Below are positions 17,970-27,765 of a stretch of DNA of 32,923 bases, piece after piece; position 1 is the stretch's first letter, and each line of letters begins with the position of its first letter. The notes beneath the pieces were generated by a model, which made no database searches, was not told the origin of the DNA, and worked only from the letters and a program-made list of their open reading frames with translations. The stretch comes from an uncultured Flavobacteriaceae bacterium (lineage in GTDB: Bacteria; Bacteroidota; Bacteroidia; Flavobacteriales; Flavobacteriaceae): the NCBI GenBank assembly GCA_964490545.1, contig CAZBCJ010000001.1, forward strand, positions 7,981-40,903, written 5' to 3'. The translations under genes and the position numbers were made by a program.

Positions 17970-17978
17970 TTATTTACA

Positions 17979-17986
17979 CAAATATA
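17979..17986 (-). promoter_or_regulatory. Bacteroidetes-type -7 box (TATATTTG) upstream of the proline dehydrogenase gene
   Basis: The plus strand reads caaatata, which is TAnnTTTG on the minus strand, 9 nt from the ATG at 17969. An identical octamer recurs at 18129-18136. Confidence 0.3.
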
Positions 17987-18251
17987 TCTAGAAGAATACT
18001 GTATTATAACATTTATTTAAGGAATTTCTAAAAATTTTATGAGTAAGATTATATATAATGCTGTCTAATAGTAGCTATTCATAGAATACGATAAAAATTT
18101 TAACAATATATTTAGTGTTAATTGTAAACAAATATATTCGAAATAGCTACATCAATAAACATATTTTATATAAATTTATTTAAAATACTATAAATCAATT
18201 AGTTATAATATTTAACTTAAAGTAATTATTTTATTTTTTAGGTATATTTAT

Positions 18252-18282
18252 TTGGTTTATTATTTGTGTTTGTTTACATTTG
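18252..18282 (+). promoter_or_regulatory. Candidate Bacteroidetes promoter (-33 TTG ... -7 TACATTTG) for the HTH gene
   Basis: TTG lies at 18252-18254, then 20 nt, then TACATTTG at 18275-18282, which matches TAnnTTTG. The ATG at 18291 follows after 8 nt. Confidence 0.35.
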
Positions 18283-18290
18283 TTAACACT

Positions 18291-18590
18291 ATGGATGTGT
18301 CAAAAAGAATATCAAAAATAATAAATGAAAAAAAAATAAGTGCTTCAAAATTTGCATCCACAATTGATGTAAAAAGATCAAACCTATCCCATATACTGTC
18401 TAGAAGAAACAAACCAAGCATCGATTTCTTTCATAAAATCAAAAAAGCTTACCCGGAAATTGACCTTAATTGGCTAATTACAGGGGAAAAGCTAAAAAAA
18501 GATAGTAATTTTGTTGAACCTGAAGCCAATAATGTAGATTCAGTAATAGTTTTTTTAAATGATGGGTCCTATAAAAAATTTAAGGAATAA
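18291..18590 (+). CDS. XRE/Cro-like helix-turn-helix DNA-binding protein
   Basis: The HTH segment is ISASKFASTIDVKRSNLSHILSRRNKPS and the tail is LNWLITGEK. I prefer the ATG at 18291. The track start at 18252 is a TTG that adds a non-conserved hydrophobic extension. Confidence 0.7.
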   Translation: MDVSKRISKIINEKKISASKFASTIDVKRSNLSHILSRRNKPSIDFFHKIKKAYPEIDLNWLITGEKLKKDSNFVEPEANNVDSVIVFLNDGSYKKFKE

Positions 18591-18984
18591 ACCTCTTCTA
18601 ACAGAGAATATTTGTGTTTTTTATGCAGTAGCAACCCTACTCCTATTTAGTTCTTGTAATTCTGCAGAAAGAGACTGTTCTAAGTTTAGGACAGGAAAAT
18701 TTTTAACACAAACAGAAATTAACGACACTATATACAGTTCTGTTTTTACAAGAAGTGGCAATATCCAGGTTGAAAACTTTAATAATTCAATAGATTCAAG
18801 TGCATATAGATGGATTAATGAGTGTGAACTAGTATTAAGGACATTAAATCCTAAGTCTAAATCAGAACTGAAAAATATTCATATAAAAATACTTACAACA
18901 ACAGATAGTTCATATACTTATGAATATTCTTTTGTTGGAGAAAAAAGAAAAGAGATAGGGCTGGCATTAAAAATTAGTGATTAA
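18559..18984 (+). CDS. Hypothetical lipoprotein
   Basis: The signal plus lipobox is ATLLLFSSC. The gene overlaps the HTH gene by 32 nt. I recognise no family. Confidence 0.55.
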   Translation: MMGPIKNLRNKPLLTENICVFYAVATLLLFSSCNSAERDCSKFRTGKFLTQTEINDTIYSSVFTRSGNIQVENFNNSIDSSAYRWINECELVLRTLNPKSKSELKNIHIKILTTTDSSYTYEYSFVGEKRKEIGLALKISD

Positions 18985-21557
18985 AAAAGAGTTTTCTGCC
19001 CAACATCTTGATCTTCGACAAACTTTTCATCAAAAACTTCTATTTCATCTGCTGGCATTTCAGCAGGAGGTTCGTATTCAATAGCCTCTAAAACATTGAT
19101 TTGTTTAATTTTCTCTGAACTAAGCTGGTTTCCTATAGCCTTAATCCCTTTTATTGAAATAAACTGCTCTAATTCAATTATTTGATTTGGTTTTTGAGGT
19201 TTATTTCTGATTTTATTAAAAACAACCTCAATTACTGGCTTCCAATCTGTCGAGATCAACTCTAAAAATGAATCTTTGTGCTCTGTAATAAATTTCTCAT
19301 GCTTATTTTCGTTTTCCACAAGAAAACGTTTGACAAAAAATCGTTGTTTTTTACCATCAAAATACACTACTGAAAGTGGCTTTTTAGGTATCCATTTTTC
19401 TAAAACAATCATATCATCATTGAAATGAGTAGACATATCGGGGTCTATTATCTTTAAACTACCATTTTGAAGTACAACTAATATCTTATCTTCACCCCTA
19501 AATTCTCCAAGTAAATCTCCTCTACCATCTACATTAAGTCTTTGTACAGTATCATCAAACCATATTTTTCTTGGTTTAAGCGTAGAAATACCTTTTTCTT
19601 TAAGCTCAATTCTCTTAACATTGCGTTTAGTAATTTGATTACCTCTTGTCATTCTGCCTTTAATCATATAATCTGAAAAATCAACATCCCATTTCAACTT
19701 CTTTAATTTCGGGTTTTTCCTGAGGCTAATTGTAACTTTTTCCGCTTCACCATTTGGGTTTGCAGAGAAGTATTTAACTACACCTTCTTTTTTTGATCTA
19801 ATTAAACTATAAGGTTTATCTCTAGTTATACCATACACAGGGAAGCGTTTTAAATAACAATAACCTTTATCACCATCTCTATATATCATATTATAAATTG
19901 TCCTCTTGTCTTTCTTCTTAAACACCGCAACATGAATTATATTTTTATCAATAAATGTTTTTGTATCAACTTTAGTTATAATCATCTTTCCATTTTCAGT
20001 AAAAACTATAATATCATCAATATCACTACAATCACATACATATTCATCCTTTCTCATAGAAGTTCCAACAAAACCTTCGACCCTATTAACATATAACTTA
20101 GTATTTCTTATTACCACCTTTTTAGCATCAACATCATCAAATATTCTAATTTCTGTTTTTCTTTCTCTATTTTTTGAATAGTCTTTTTTTAATCTTTGAA
20201 AATATGCTATTGAGTAGTTTATAATATCATCTAAATGACTTTTAACTTCTTTAATTTGGGCTTCTACATTTAGTATTTTCTCATTAGCTTTATCAATATC
20301 AAATTTTGAAATTCTTTTGATTTTAATTTCTGTGAGTCTTACTAAGTCATCATCTACAACTTCTCTTTTTAAACCTTTAACATAAGGCTTCAGTCCTTGA
20401 TCAATAGCAGATAAAACCCCCTCCCAGGTAGTTTTATCTTCAATATCTCTATATATTTTATTTTCTATAAAAATTCGTTCTAAAGAAGCATTATGCCACT
20501 GATCTTCAAGTTCTCCTAATTTGATTTTAAGTTCCTTTTTAAGTAATTCAACAGTATTATCAGTAGATATCCTTAAAATATCAGATACTCCAAGAAAAAC
20601 AGGCTTATTATCTTGAATGATACAAGTAAGTGGAGATATAGATATTTCACAGTTAGTGAATGCATAAAGAGCATCAATTGTCTTATCAGGAGATATTCCA
20701 TTTGGAATGTATACTAGTATTTCAACTTTAGATGCTGTATTGTCATCTATTTTCTTAATCTTAATTTTTCCTTTGTCATTTGCTTTTAATATAGAATCAA
20801 TCAATGAGGTTGTACTTGTTCCAAAAGGTATTTCGCTGATAAGAAGTGTTGTTTTATCCATTACAGAGATCTTAGCTCTAATTCTAACTTTACCTCCTCT
20901 TTTTCCGTCGTTATAGTTAGTGAAATCAGCTATACCCCCTGTTATAAAATCTGGTAATAAAGCAAACCTGTTTTGTTTTAAATAACTAATAGAAGCTTCA
21001 ACCAATTCTATAAAGTTGTGAGACAAAATCTTTGTAGAAAGACCAACTGCAATCCCCTCAGCTCCTTGCACTAAAAGTAGTGGAAATTTTACAGGCAAAT
21101 TAACAGGCTCTTTTCTTCTTCCATCATAAGATGATTGCCAATTAGTAATTTTGGGATTAAATACAAAATCAAGTGCAAATTTTGATAGTCTTGCTTCTAT
21201 ATATCTTGATGCAGCTGCTCTATCTCCTGTTAAAATGTTTCCCCAGTTTCCTTGAGTATCAATTAAAAGATCTTTTTGTCCAATTTGAACCATCGCATCT
21301 GCAATACTAGCATCTCCATGTGGATGATACTGCATAGTGTGTCCAACAATATTAGCAACTTTATTATACCTTCCATCATCTAAGTCTTTCATTGATTGCA
21401 TTATTCTCCTTTGCACAGGCTTGAACCCATCCTCAATTGAAGGAACTGCTCTTTCAAGAATTACGTATGAAGCATAGTCTAGAAACCAATCTTTATACAT
21501 ACCAGCAACCCTAGTAATTACATTTTCTTGACTATAATCTAATTCTAAATCATCCAT
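18981..21557 (-). CDS. parC: DNA topoisomerase IV subunit A
   Basis: The N-terminus is of the Bacteroidetes ParC type: WFLDYASYVILERAVPSIEDGFKPVQRRIMQSM, NKVANIVGHTMQYHPHGDASI and QGNWGN. The active-site region is AAASRYIEARL. The gene lies directly downstream of parE. Confidence 0.9.
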   Translation of the reverse strand: MDDLELDYSQENVITRVAGMYKDWFLDYASYVILERAVPSIEDGFKPVQRRIMQSMKDLDDGRYNKVANIVGHTMQYHPHGDASIADAMVQIGQKDLLIDTQGNWGNILTGDRAAASRYIEARLSKFALDFVFNPKITNWQSSYDGRRKEPVNLPVKFPLLLVQGAEGIAVGLSTKILSHNFIELVEASISYLKQNRFALLPDFITGGIADFTNYNDGKRGGKVRIRAKISVMDKTTLLISEIPFGTSTTSLIDSILKANDKGKIKIKKIDDNTASKVEILVYIPNGISPDKTIDALYAFTNCEISISPLTCIIQDNKPVFLGVSDILRISTDNTVELLKKELKIKLGELEDQWHNASLERIFIENKIYRDIEDKTTWEGVLSAIDQGLKPYVKGLKREVVDDDLVRLTEIKIKRISKFDIDKANEKILNVEAQIKEVKSHLDDIINYSIAYFQRLKKDYSKNRERKTEIRIFDDVDAKKVVIRNTKLYVNRVEGFVGTSMRKDEYVCDCSDIDDIIVFTENGKMIITKVDTKTFIDKNIIHVAVFKKKDKRTIYNMIYRDGDKGYCYLKRFPVYGITRDKPYSLIRSKKEGVVKYFSANPNGEAEKVTISLRKNPKLKKLKWDVDFSDYMIKGRMTRGNQITKRNVKRIELKEKGISTLKPRKIWFDDTVQRLNVDGRGDLLGEFRGEDKILVVLQNGSLKIIDPDMSTHFNDDMIVLEKWIPKKPLSVVYFDGKKQRFFVKRFLVENENKHEKFITEHKDSFLELISTDWKPVIEVVFNKIRNKPQKPNQIIELEQFISIKGIKAIGNQLSSEKIKQINVLEAIEYEPPAEMPADEIEVFDEKFVEDQDVGQKTLF

Positions 21558-21563
21558 TTAACA

Positions 21564-23414
21564 CTAATCAACTATATCTAATTCAACTTTTAAATTATCA
21601 ATAATAAAAGACTGTCTATTTGGAGTATTTTTACCCATATAGAATTGCAATAATTCATCTATAGACATATCATTATCAAGCATTACAGGATCTAATTTTA
21701 TATTATCTCCTATAAAGAATTTAAATTCATCTGGTGATATCTCGCCTAAACCTTTAAATCTTGTTATTTCAGGATTAGTTTTTATCTTTTCTATTGCTTT
21801 TCTTTTTTCATCTTCAGAATAGCAATAAATAGTTTCTTTATTATTTCTTACCCTAAATAAAGGGGTCTGTAGTATATACAAATGTCCTGTTTTAATTAAA
21901 TCTGGAAAGAATTGTAAAAAAAATGTTATAAGCAATAATCTTATATGCATTCCATCAACATCAGCATCTGTAGCGATAACAATATTATTATATCTTAAAT
22001 CTTCAATTGAATCTTCAATATTGAGCGCAGCTTGCAATAAATTAAACTCTTCATTTTCATAAACAATTTTTTTTGACATTCCATATGAATTTAAAGGCTT
22101 ACCTCTTAAGCTAAAAACTGCCTGAGTGTTTACATCCCTAGATTTTGTTATACTTCCTGATGCTGAATCTCCTTCTGTTATGAATAAAGTTGTTTCTAAT
22201 CTTTTTTCGTTTTTCAAATCCCCTAAATGGACACGACAATCGCGAAGTTTTTTATTGTGTAAATTAGCTTTTTTTGCTCGATCTCGTGCTATCTTCCTTA
22301 TTCCAGAAAGCTCTTTTCTTTCTTTTTCTGCCTGTAATATTTTTCTATGAATTTGCTCTGCAACCTCTGTGTTTTTATGAAGGTAATTGTCAAGCTCTTT
22401 CTTTAAGAAGTCATTGATATATACTCTAACAGAGGGGAGCCCTCCTCCCATTTCAGCAGACCCTAATTTTGTTTTTGTTTGACTCTCAAAAACAGGCTCC
22501 ATTACTTTAATTGAAATAGCTGATACAATTGATTTTCTAATATCTGAAGACTCATAGTTCTTTCCAAAAAAGTCTCTTATTGTCTTAACAAGAGCTTCCC
22601 TAAATGCACTTAAGTGAGTTCCACCTTGAGTAGTATTTTGTCCGTTAACAAAAGCGTGATACTCCTCAGTGTATTGTGATTTACTATGTGTTATAGCTGC
22701 TTCAATATCATTTCCTTTTAAATGTATTATTGGATAAAGCAACTCTGAATCATTAGTTCTTTCTATTAAAAGATCTTTTAACCCATTCTCACTATAATAT
22801 TTTTCTCCATTAAAAATTATAGTTAATCCTGGATTTAAATAAACATAGTTTTTAAGCATTTTTGAAATGTATTCATTTCTATACTGAAAATTTTTAAAAA
22901 TTGATTCGTCAGGTATAAAAGAGACTTTTGTACCTCTTCTTCTACTAGAAGTTTCAACATCCTGATGATTTCCTAATTCTCCTTGATTAAATTCTGCAAT
23001 AGCAGATTTTCCATCTCTATTAGACTCTACTTTAAAATAATCAGAAAGGGCATTTACAGCATTTGTTCCTACACCATTTAATCCAACAGCTTTTTTGAAT
23101 GCACGTGTATCATATTTTCCTCCAGTATTCATTTTTGAAACAACATCTACAAGTTTTCCTAACGGAATACCCCTGCCATAATCCCTTACAATAACTTTAG
23201 ATGACTGAACAGAAACCTCTATTGTCTTCCCAGCTCCCATTACAAACTCATCTATAGAGTTGTCAAGAACTTCCTTTAGTAGAATATAAATGCCATCATC
23301 TGGAGAAGAGCCATCACCTAATTTTCCAATATACATTCCTGGACGCATTCTTATATGCTCCTTCCAATCAAGAGATCTTATATTTTCTTCAGTATATTGA
23401 TTTTTTACAGCCAT
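21564..23414 (-). CDS. parE: DNA topoisomerase IV subunit B
   Basis: It has a GHKL ATPase ([26 protein letters not shown]) and a Toprim domain ([20 protein letters not shown]). At 616 aa its length and N-terminus fit ParE rather than GyrB. Confidence 0.9.
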   Translation of the reverse strand: MAVKNQYTEENIRSLDWKEHIRMRPGMYIGKLGDGSSPDDGIYILLKEVLDNSIDEFVMGAGKTIEVSVQSSKVIVRDYGRGIPLGKLVDVVSKMNTGGKYDTRAFKKAVGLNGVGTNAVNALSDYFKVESNRDGKSAIAEFNQGELGNHQDVETSSRRRGTKVSFIPDESIFKNFQYRNEYISKMLKNYVYLNPGLTIIFNGEKYYSENGLKDLLIERTNDSELLYPIIHLKGNDIEAAITHSKSQYTEEYHAFVNGQNTTQGGTHLSAFREALVKTIRDFFGKNYESSDIRKSIVSAISIKVMEPVFESQTKTKLGSAEMGGGLPSVRVYINDFLKKELDNYLHKNTEVAEQIHRKILQAEKERKELSGIRKIARDRAKKANLHNKKLRDCRVHLGDLKNEKRLETTLFITEGDSASGSITKSRDVNTQAVFSLRGKPLNSYGMSKKIVYENEEFNLLQAALNIEDSIEDLRYNNIVIATDADVDGMHIRLLLITFFLQFFPDLIKTGHLYILQTPLFRVRNNKETIYCYSEDEKRKAIEKIKTNPEITRFKGLGEISPDEFKFFIGDNIKLDPVMLDNDMSIDELLQFYMGKNTPNRQSFIIDNLKVELDIVD

Positions 23415-23555
23415 CTGATAAATATTTGCTAATATAAGATATCAGTTGAAGAAAATTAATCAAGAAATTACAAAGTAATTAACAAATTATTTACAAGGTT
23501 AAGTTTTAGCTATTCCACGCAATATTACTCAACAAAAGAATTGAATGATTTATTA

Positions 23556-24650
23556 TCATACATTAAACAAGAAATGCATCACATCACCATCATTAACGAT
23601 ATATTCTTTTCCCTCTACACGCATCTTTCCTGCTTCCTTGACTTTAAGTTCTGATCCATAGCTAATGTAATCTGAATATGAAATTACTTCAGTCTTAATA
23701 AATCCTTTTTCAAAATCAGAATGAATAACTCCTGCTGCTTGTGAGGCTTTTGAGCCAATTGGAATTGTCCATGCCCTAACTTCTTTTATTCCTGCAGTAA
23801 AAAATGTCTGTAAACCTAGCAAGCTATATGCAGATTTTATTAATTTACTTGAACCTGGCTCATCTAAACCTAAATCATTCAAAAACATTTTTCTTTCTTC
23901 ATTTTCACTTAATTCATTTATTTCTGATTCTATTCCAGCTGCAAGAATAATTATCTCAGCAAATTCATTTTTAATAGATTTTTTAACTTCTTCTACATAA
24001 TTATTGCCAGTTAATATTGACTCCTCGTTAACATTACAAACATAAAGAACAGGTTTATCTGTAAGTAATTGTAAAGGGTTTATGTATTTAATATAATCAT
24101 CCTTATTAAAATCTATTGATCTAATATTTTTTGAGTTTTCTAGATCTTGCACAATACTATTCAAAACCACCTCTTCTTTTTGTGATTCTTTATTTCCAGT
24201 TTTGGCAACTCTAGCAATTTTTTCTAATTTTTTTGTAACTACCTCTAAATCTTTTAGCTGTAATTCTATATCAATAATTTCTTTATCTCTTACAGGATCT
24301 ATTGATCCATCAACATGAACAATATTGTCATTATCAAAACATATTAGAACATGTAAAATAGAATCTGTTTCACCAAAATTTGCAAGGAATTTATTTCCTA
24401 GCCCCTCCCCTTTACTAGCTCCTTTAACTAGGCCTGCAATATCAACTATTTCAACTGTTGCAGGTATCACTTTTTCAGGCTTCACTAGATCATTTAATTT
24501 ATCTAATCTATTGTCAGGAACATTTATCACTCCTATATTTGGCTCAATTGTACAAAAAGGGAAATTCGCACTTTGAGCTTTTGAATTTGATAAACAATTA
24601 AACAATGTTGATTTTCCTACATTTGGTAATCCTACAATACCTGCTTTCAT
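23556..24650 (-). CDS. ychF: Ribosome-binding ATPase YchF
   Basis: G1 is GLPNVGKST, with FPFCTIEPN and DIAGLVKGAS, and the C-terminal TGS-like region has RAWT and IHSDFEKGFI. Confidence 0.95.
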   Translation of the reverse strand: MKAGIVGLPNVGKSTLFNCLSNSKAQSANFPFCTIEPNIGVINVPDNRLDKLNDLVKPEKVIPATVEIVDIAGLVKGASKGEGLGNKFLANFGETDSILHVLICFDNDNIVHVDGSIDPVRDKEIIDIELQLKDLEVVTKKLEKIARVAKTGNKESQKEEVVLNSIVQDLENSKNIRSIDFNKDDYIKYINPLQLLTDKPVLYVCNVNEESILTGNNYVEEVKKSIKNEFAEIIILAAGIESEINELSENEERKMFLNDLGLDEPGSSKLIKSAYSLLGLQTFFTAGIKEVRAWTIPIGSKASQAAGVIHSDFEKGFIKTEVISYSDYISYGSELKVKEAGKMRVEGKEYIVNDGDVMHFLFNV

Positions 24651-24672
24651 TGGAAATTTTTGAGCTGTAAAT

Positions 24673-25125
24673 TTATTTCTTTTTTTTGGTGAAATCCTCT
24701 CTAGTCATTATTAGTGGTAATCCAATCAAAATTAGAGTAAATAAATTTATCAGAATAATATTATAGATTGCTCCGTAATAGAATGAAATAGCGCTATCAA
24801 TAAAAAACCAAGATAATAATCCATACCATATTGCCTTATATGCCCATGGTTCTTTGTTTTTAAATGAGTTCTCTGATATCATTATTACTAAAACATGAAA
24901 TCCTACAACCATTCCCCCAATAATTCCAAAAAGCCAATTTTTTAGTTTTATAATACTAGGATCAAAATCATTTGTGAATAAAAAAGTTTCTTTTGTATAA
25001 TTATAGTAAGCATCAAAAATGAAAGAATCACTCCAAAAAGCAATAATAAGGCCTAATAAAACTGACAAAATATTTACATTGGTCAACCATTTTTGCCAAA
25101 AATTAAATTTATTATACTTATACAC
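24673..25125 (-). CDS. Hypothetical integral membrane protein (about 4 TM helices)
   Basis: GTG start, since the reverse complement of 25123-25125 is GTG. It has four hydrophobic segments and is co-directional between the ferredoxin gene and ychF. I recognise no family. Confidence 0.55.
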   Translation of the reverse strand: MYKYNKFNFWQKWLTNVNILSVLLGLIIAFWSDSFIFDAYYNYTKETFLFTNDFDPSIIKLKNWLFGIIGGMVVGFHVLVIMISENSFKNKEPWAYKAIWYGLLSWFFIDSAISFYYGAIYNIILINLFTLILIGLPLIMTREDFTKKKK

Positions 25126-25173
25126 TTCAATCTGTTTTTGATAAAATTATAAATTCTAACCCTAAATGGTAAT

Positions 25174-25521
25174 TTATATATGCATGAATTTTTGTTTCTC
25201 TAATAGTTCTAATTCATTTTCTTTATTATCTTCATCTGGAACACAACAATCAACAGGACAAACAGCGGCACATTGTGGCTCTTCATGAAATCCTTTACAT
25301 TCTGTGCATTTACTAGGTACTATGTAATAAATCTCATCACTAATTGCTGTTTGACCCTCATCAGCATTTATTGAATCGCCATTTAAAAGAATTATATCAC
25401 CCTGAAGGTCTGTTCCATCTGAATATTTCCAACTATCAGATGCTTCATATATAGCTGTATTTGGACATTCTGCTTCACATGCTCCGCAATTAATACATTC
25501 GTCTGTAATAATTATAGCCAT
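25174..25521 (-). CDS. 4Fe-4S dicluster ferredoxin
   Basis: Two cluster motifs are present: [12 protein letters not shown], and CTECKG...[10 protein letters not shown]. Confidence 0.9.
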   Translation of the reverse strand: MAIIITDECINCGACEAECPNTAIYEASDSWKYSDGTDLQGDIILLNGDSINADEGQTAISDEIYYIVPSKCTECKGFHEEPQCAAVCPVDCCVPDEDNKENELELLEKQKFMHI

Positions 25522-25550
25522 ATATACATATTATTTAATAAATTAGACTA

Positions 25551-25558
25551 CAAAATTA
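25551..25558 (-). promoter_or_regulatory. Bacteroidetes-type -7 box (TAATTTTG) upstream of the ferredoxin gene
   Basis: The plus strand reads caaaatta, which is TAnnTTTG on the minus strand, 29 nt from the ATG at 25521. A possible -33 TTG (plus-strand caa at 25579-25581) lies 20 nt further upstream. Confidence 0.35.
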
Positions 25559-25570
25559 TAATCTAAAACC

Positions 25571-26623
25571 ATCAAAACCAAAACAAAAACAACTGAATTA
25601 GAAAAACGCATAATAGCTTTTGCTGAAATTGGAAATTTATTAAATCAATATTTCTTAAATATTGATAACAAATGGGTAGAGGAATTAAGGTTAAGAATAA
25701 ATGAAGCTTCAACCAAAAACCCTTGGTTTACTAAAGAAAATATTGATCTATCATTAAAATATTGGTCAAAAGAGCTAACAGTTAAAAAGCTAAAACACTG
25801 GTTATCTAGTTATAAGCTTTCAGATGATAGATCAAATACAATAGCAGTTATAATGGCTGGAAATCTTCCATTAGTTGGATTTCATGATTTATTGTGTGTA
25901 CTAATAACCGGACAGAAATTAGCTATTAAATTCTCAAAGAATGATGATGTCTTAATGCAATTTTTGATAAAATATTTAATCTTTAAGAATGTAAAATTTA
26001 AAGACCATATAATTATAAATGATTCAATAATTAAAGATTTTGACAGAGTAATTGCAACAGGATCAAATAATACTTCCAGGTATTTTGATTATTATTTCAG
26101 GAACAAACCTTCAATTATAAGAAAGAATAGGTTTTCAGTGGCTATTTTGTCTGGGAAAGAAAGTAATATTGAATTAGAAAAATTAAGCAATGATATTTTT
26201 GCTTTTTTTGGTTTAGGATGTAGAAATGTTTCTAAAATCTATATTCCGGTTAACTATAGTTTTGATCTATTCTTCAAGTCTATGTATAGCTGGAAGAACA
26301 TTATTTATAACCACAAGTACGCTAGTAATTATAATTACAATAAGACCATCAATCTAATTGATAAAAATTCTATTTTAGAAAACGGATTTCTTATCTTAAA
26401 AGAATCCAGAGAAAATCATTCACCTATCTCTGTATTGTTATACGAGTACTATAAAAACATTCAAGATTTGAGAAAAAAAATAGAATTAATTGAGAAGGAT
26501 TTACAATGCATTGTTTCAAACAACTATTGTAAGAGTGAAGTTGGGTTTGGAGAAACTCAAAACCCAAAACTTTCTGATTATGCAGACAATATTGATACAA
26601 TAGAATTTTTGTTAACAAAATAG
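25571..26623 (+). CDS. LuxC-like acyl-CoA reductase family protein, start codon uncertain (candidate ATC at 25571; first ATG is at 25853)
   Basis: The frame is open from 25562, after the TAA at 25559-25561. Codons 25562-25852 read SKTIKTKTKTTELEKRIIAFAEIGNLLNQYF...NPWFTKENI...TIAVIMAGNLPLVGFHD. This reads as genuine protein and resembles the N-termini of flavobacterial acyl-CoA reductases as I recall them. That stretch contains no ATG, GTG or TTG. Confidence 0.6.
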   Translation: MKTKTKTTELEKRIIAFAEIGNLLNQYFLNIDNKWVEELRLRINEASTKNPWFTKENIDLSLKYWSKELTVKKLKHWLSSYKLSDDRSNTIAVIMAGNLPLVGFHDLLCVLITGQKLAIKFSKNDDVLMQFLIKYLIFKNVKFKDHIIINDSIIKDFDRVIATGSNNTSRYFDYYFRNKPSIIRKNRFSVAILSGKESNIELEKLSNDIFAFFGLGCRNVSKIYIPVNYSFDLFFKSMYSWKNIIYNHKYASNYNYNKTINLIDKNSILENGFLILKESRENHSPISVLLYEYYKNIQDLRKKIELIEKDLQCIVSNNYCKSEVGFGETQNPKLSDYADNIDTIEFLLTK

Positions 26624-26699
26624 TTAAAAAAAATTGTGTATCATATAAATAAGATCTAACATATATTAACGAAATTTGCTGCTTAATTCTGATTATTCA

Positions 26700-27764
26700 A
26701 TGAAAAAACATAATTTTTGTGCAGGCCCCTCTATTTTACCAAAAGAAATCATAATTCAAGCTGCTGAATCTGTTTTAGATATTAATGAAAGTGGCTTATC
26801 ACTTTTGGAGATTTCTCATAGAAGTAAAGCTTTTATAGATATTATGGAAGAAGCCAGAAATTTAGTTTTAGAATTGACTAATCTTAATGGGAAAGATTAT
26901 AGTATCTTATTCTTACAAGGAGGTGCAAGTACGCAATTTTCAATGGTACCCTATAATATTCTCTCAAAAAAAGCCGCTTATCTTGATACTGGATCATGGA
27001 GTAGTAAGGCAATCAAAGAAGCTAAATTATTTGGAGAAATAAATGAGATCGCATCTTCTAAAGATTCTAATTACAATTATATTCCAAAAAATTACAAAAT
27101 ACCAGATGATTGTGATTACTTTCATTGTACATCAAATAACACAATATATGGCACACAAATAAAGAAATTTCAATCATCAAAGATTCCTAAAGTTTGTGAT
27201 ATGAGCAGTGATATATTTTCAAGACAGTTAGATTTTTCAAAATTTGATCTAATATATGCAGGTGCACAAAAAAATCTAGGTCCAGCAGGAGCTACAATTG
27301 TAATTTTAAAGAATAGTGTTTTAGGAAAATCCTCTAGAAACATTCCATCAATGATGGACTATCAAACGCATATAAACAAGAGTAGTATATATAACACTCC
27401 TCCTGTTTTCTCTGTTTATGTTTCATTGTTAAACATGAGGTGGTTAAAAAGTAATGGTGGTATTAAGAAAATAGAAGAAATCAATACTAAAAAAGCCACT
27501 ATATTATATTCAGAAATTGACATTAATCCTCTTTTTAAGGGACATGCTAAGGAAGAAGATAGATCAGTAATGAATGCAACATTTAGTTTAATTAATGATG
27601 ATTTTAAAGAAACTTTTGATTCTATGCTTAAAGATGCGGGTATTATTGGAATTAATGGTCATAGAATTATTGGCGGTTACAGAGCTTCAATGTATAATGC
27701 AATGCCTGTTGAAAGTGTAAAGACACTTGTTGAGGTAATGAGTGAACTAGAAAATAAAATATAA
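26700..27764 (+). CDS. serC: Phosphoserine aminotransferase
   Basis: Motifs are MKKHNFCAGPS, SHRSK, FLQGGAS and AGAQKNLGPAG (PLP lysine region). I prefer the ATG at 26700 over the TTG at 26676. Confidence 0.95.
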   Translation: MKKHNFCAGPSILPKEIIIQAAESVLDINESGLSLLEISHRSKAFIDIMEEARNLVLELTNLNGKDYSILFLQGGASTQFSMVPYNILSKKAAYLDTGSWSSKAIKEAKLFGEINEIASSKDSNYNYIPKNYKIPDDCDYFHCTSNNTIYGTQIKKFQSSKIPKVCDMSSDIFSRQLDFSKFDLIYAGAQKNLGPAGATIVILKNSVLGKSSRNIPSMMDYQTHINKSSIYNTPPVFSVYVSLLNMRWLKSNGGIKKIEEINTKKATILYSEIDINPLFKGHAKEEDRSVMNATFSLINDDFKETFDSMLKDAGIIGINGHRIIGGYRASMYNAMPVESVKTLVEVMSELENKI

Positions 27765-27765
27765 T

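Noticed and set aside
18071-18150. The inverted 9-mer gtagctatt / aatagctac could form an RNA hairpin or terminator.
   Set aside because: The arms are 62 nt apart, there is no U-tract, and the 9-bp stem sits in very AT-rich sequence, so this is not a credible intrinsic terminator. It is kept only as possible paired operator sites in the intergenic finding.
18252-18290. TTG-initiated N-terminal extensions are used by the ORF track for the HTH gene at 18252, serC at 26676 and lpxD at 14330.
   Set aside because: In each case an ATG 3-13 codons downstream gives the conserved family N-terminus, and the added residues are non-conserved. For lpxD and the HTH gene, the TTG coincides with a promoter element.
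18981-23414. The two topoisomerase genes could be DNA gyrase (gyrB/gyrA).
   Set aside because: The subunit lengths (616 and 858 aa) and the N-terminal motifs (WFLDYASYVILERAVP...KPVQRRI in the A subunit; [24 protein letters not shown] in the B subunit) match the Bacteroidetes ParE/ParC type rather than GyrB/GyrA. This relies on my recall of family signatures, not on a search.
23415-23555. The 141-nt gap between ychF and parE might hold a structured RNA or terminator.
   Set aside because: I found only a weak 6-bp inverted repeat (ctgata...tatcag), with no stable stem plus U-tract and no exact TAnnTTTG box. It probably contains the parE promoter, but I cannot place it.
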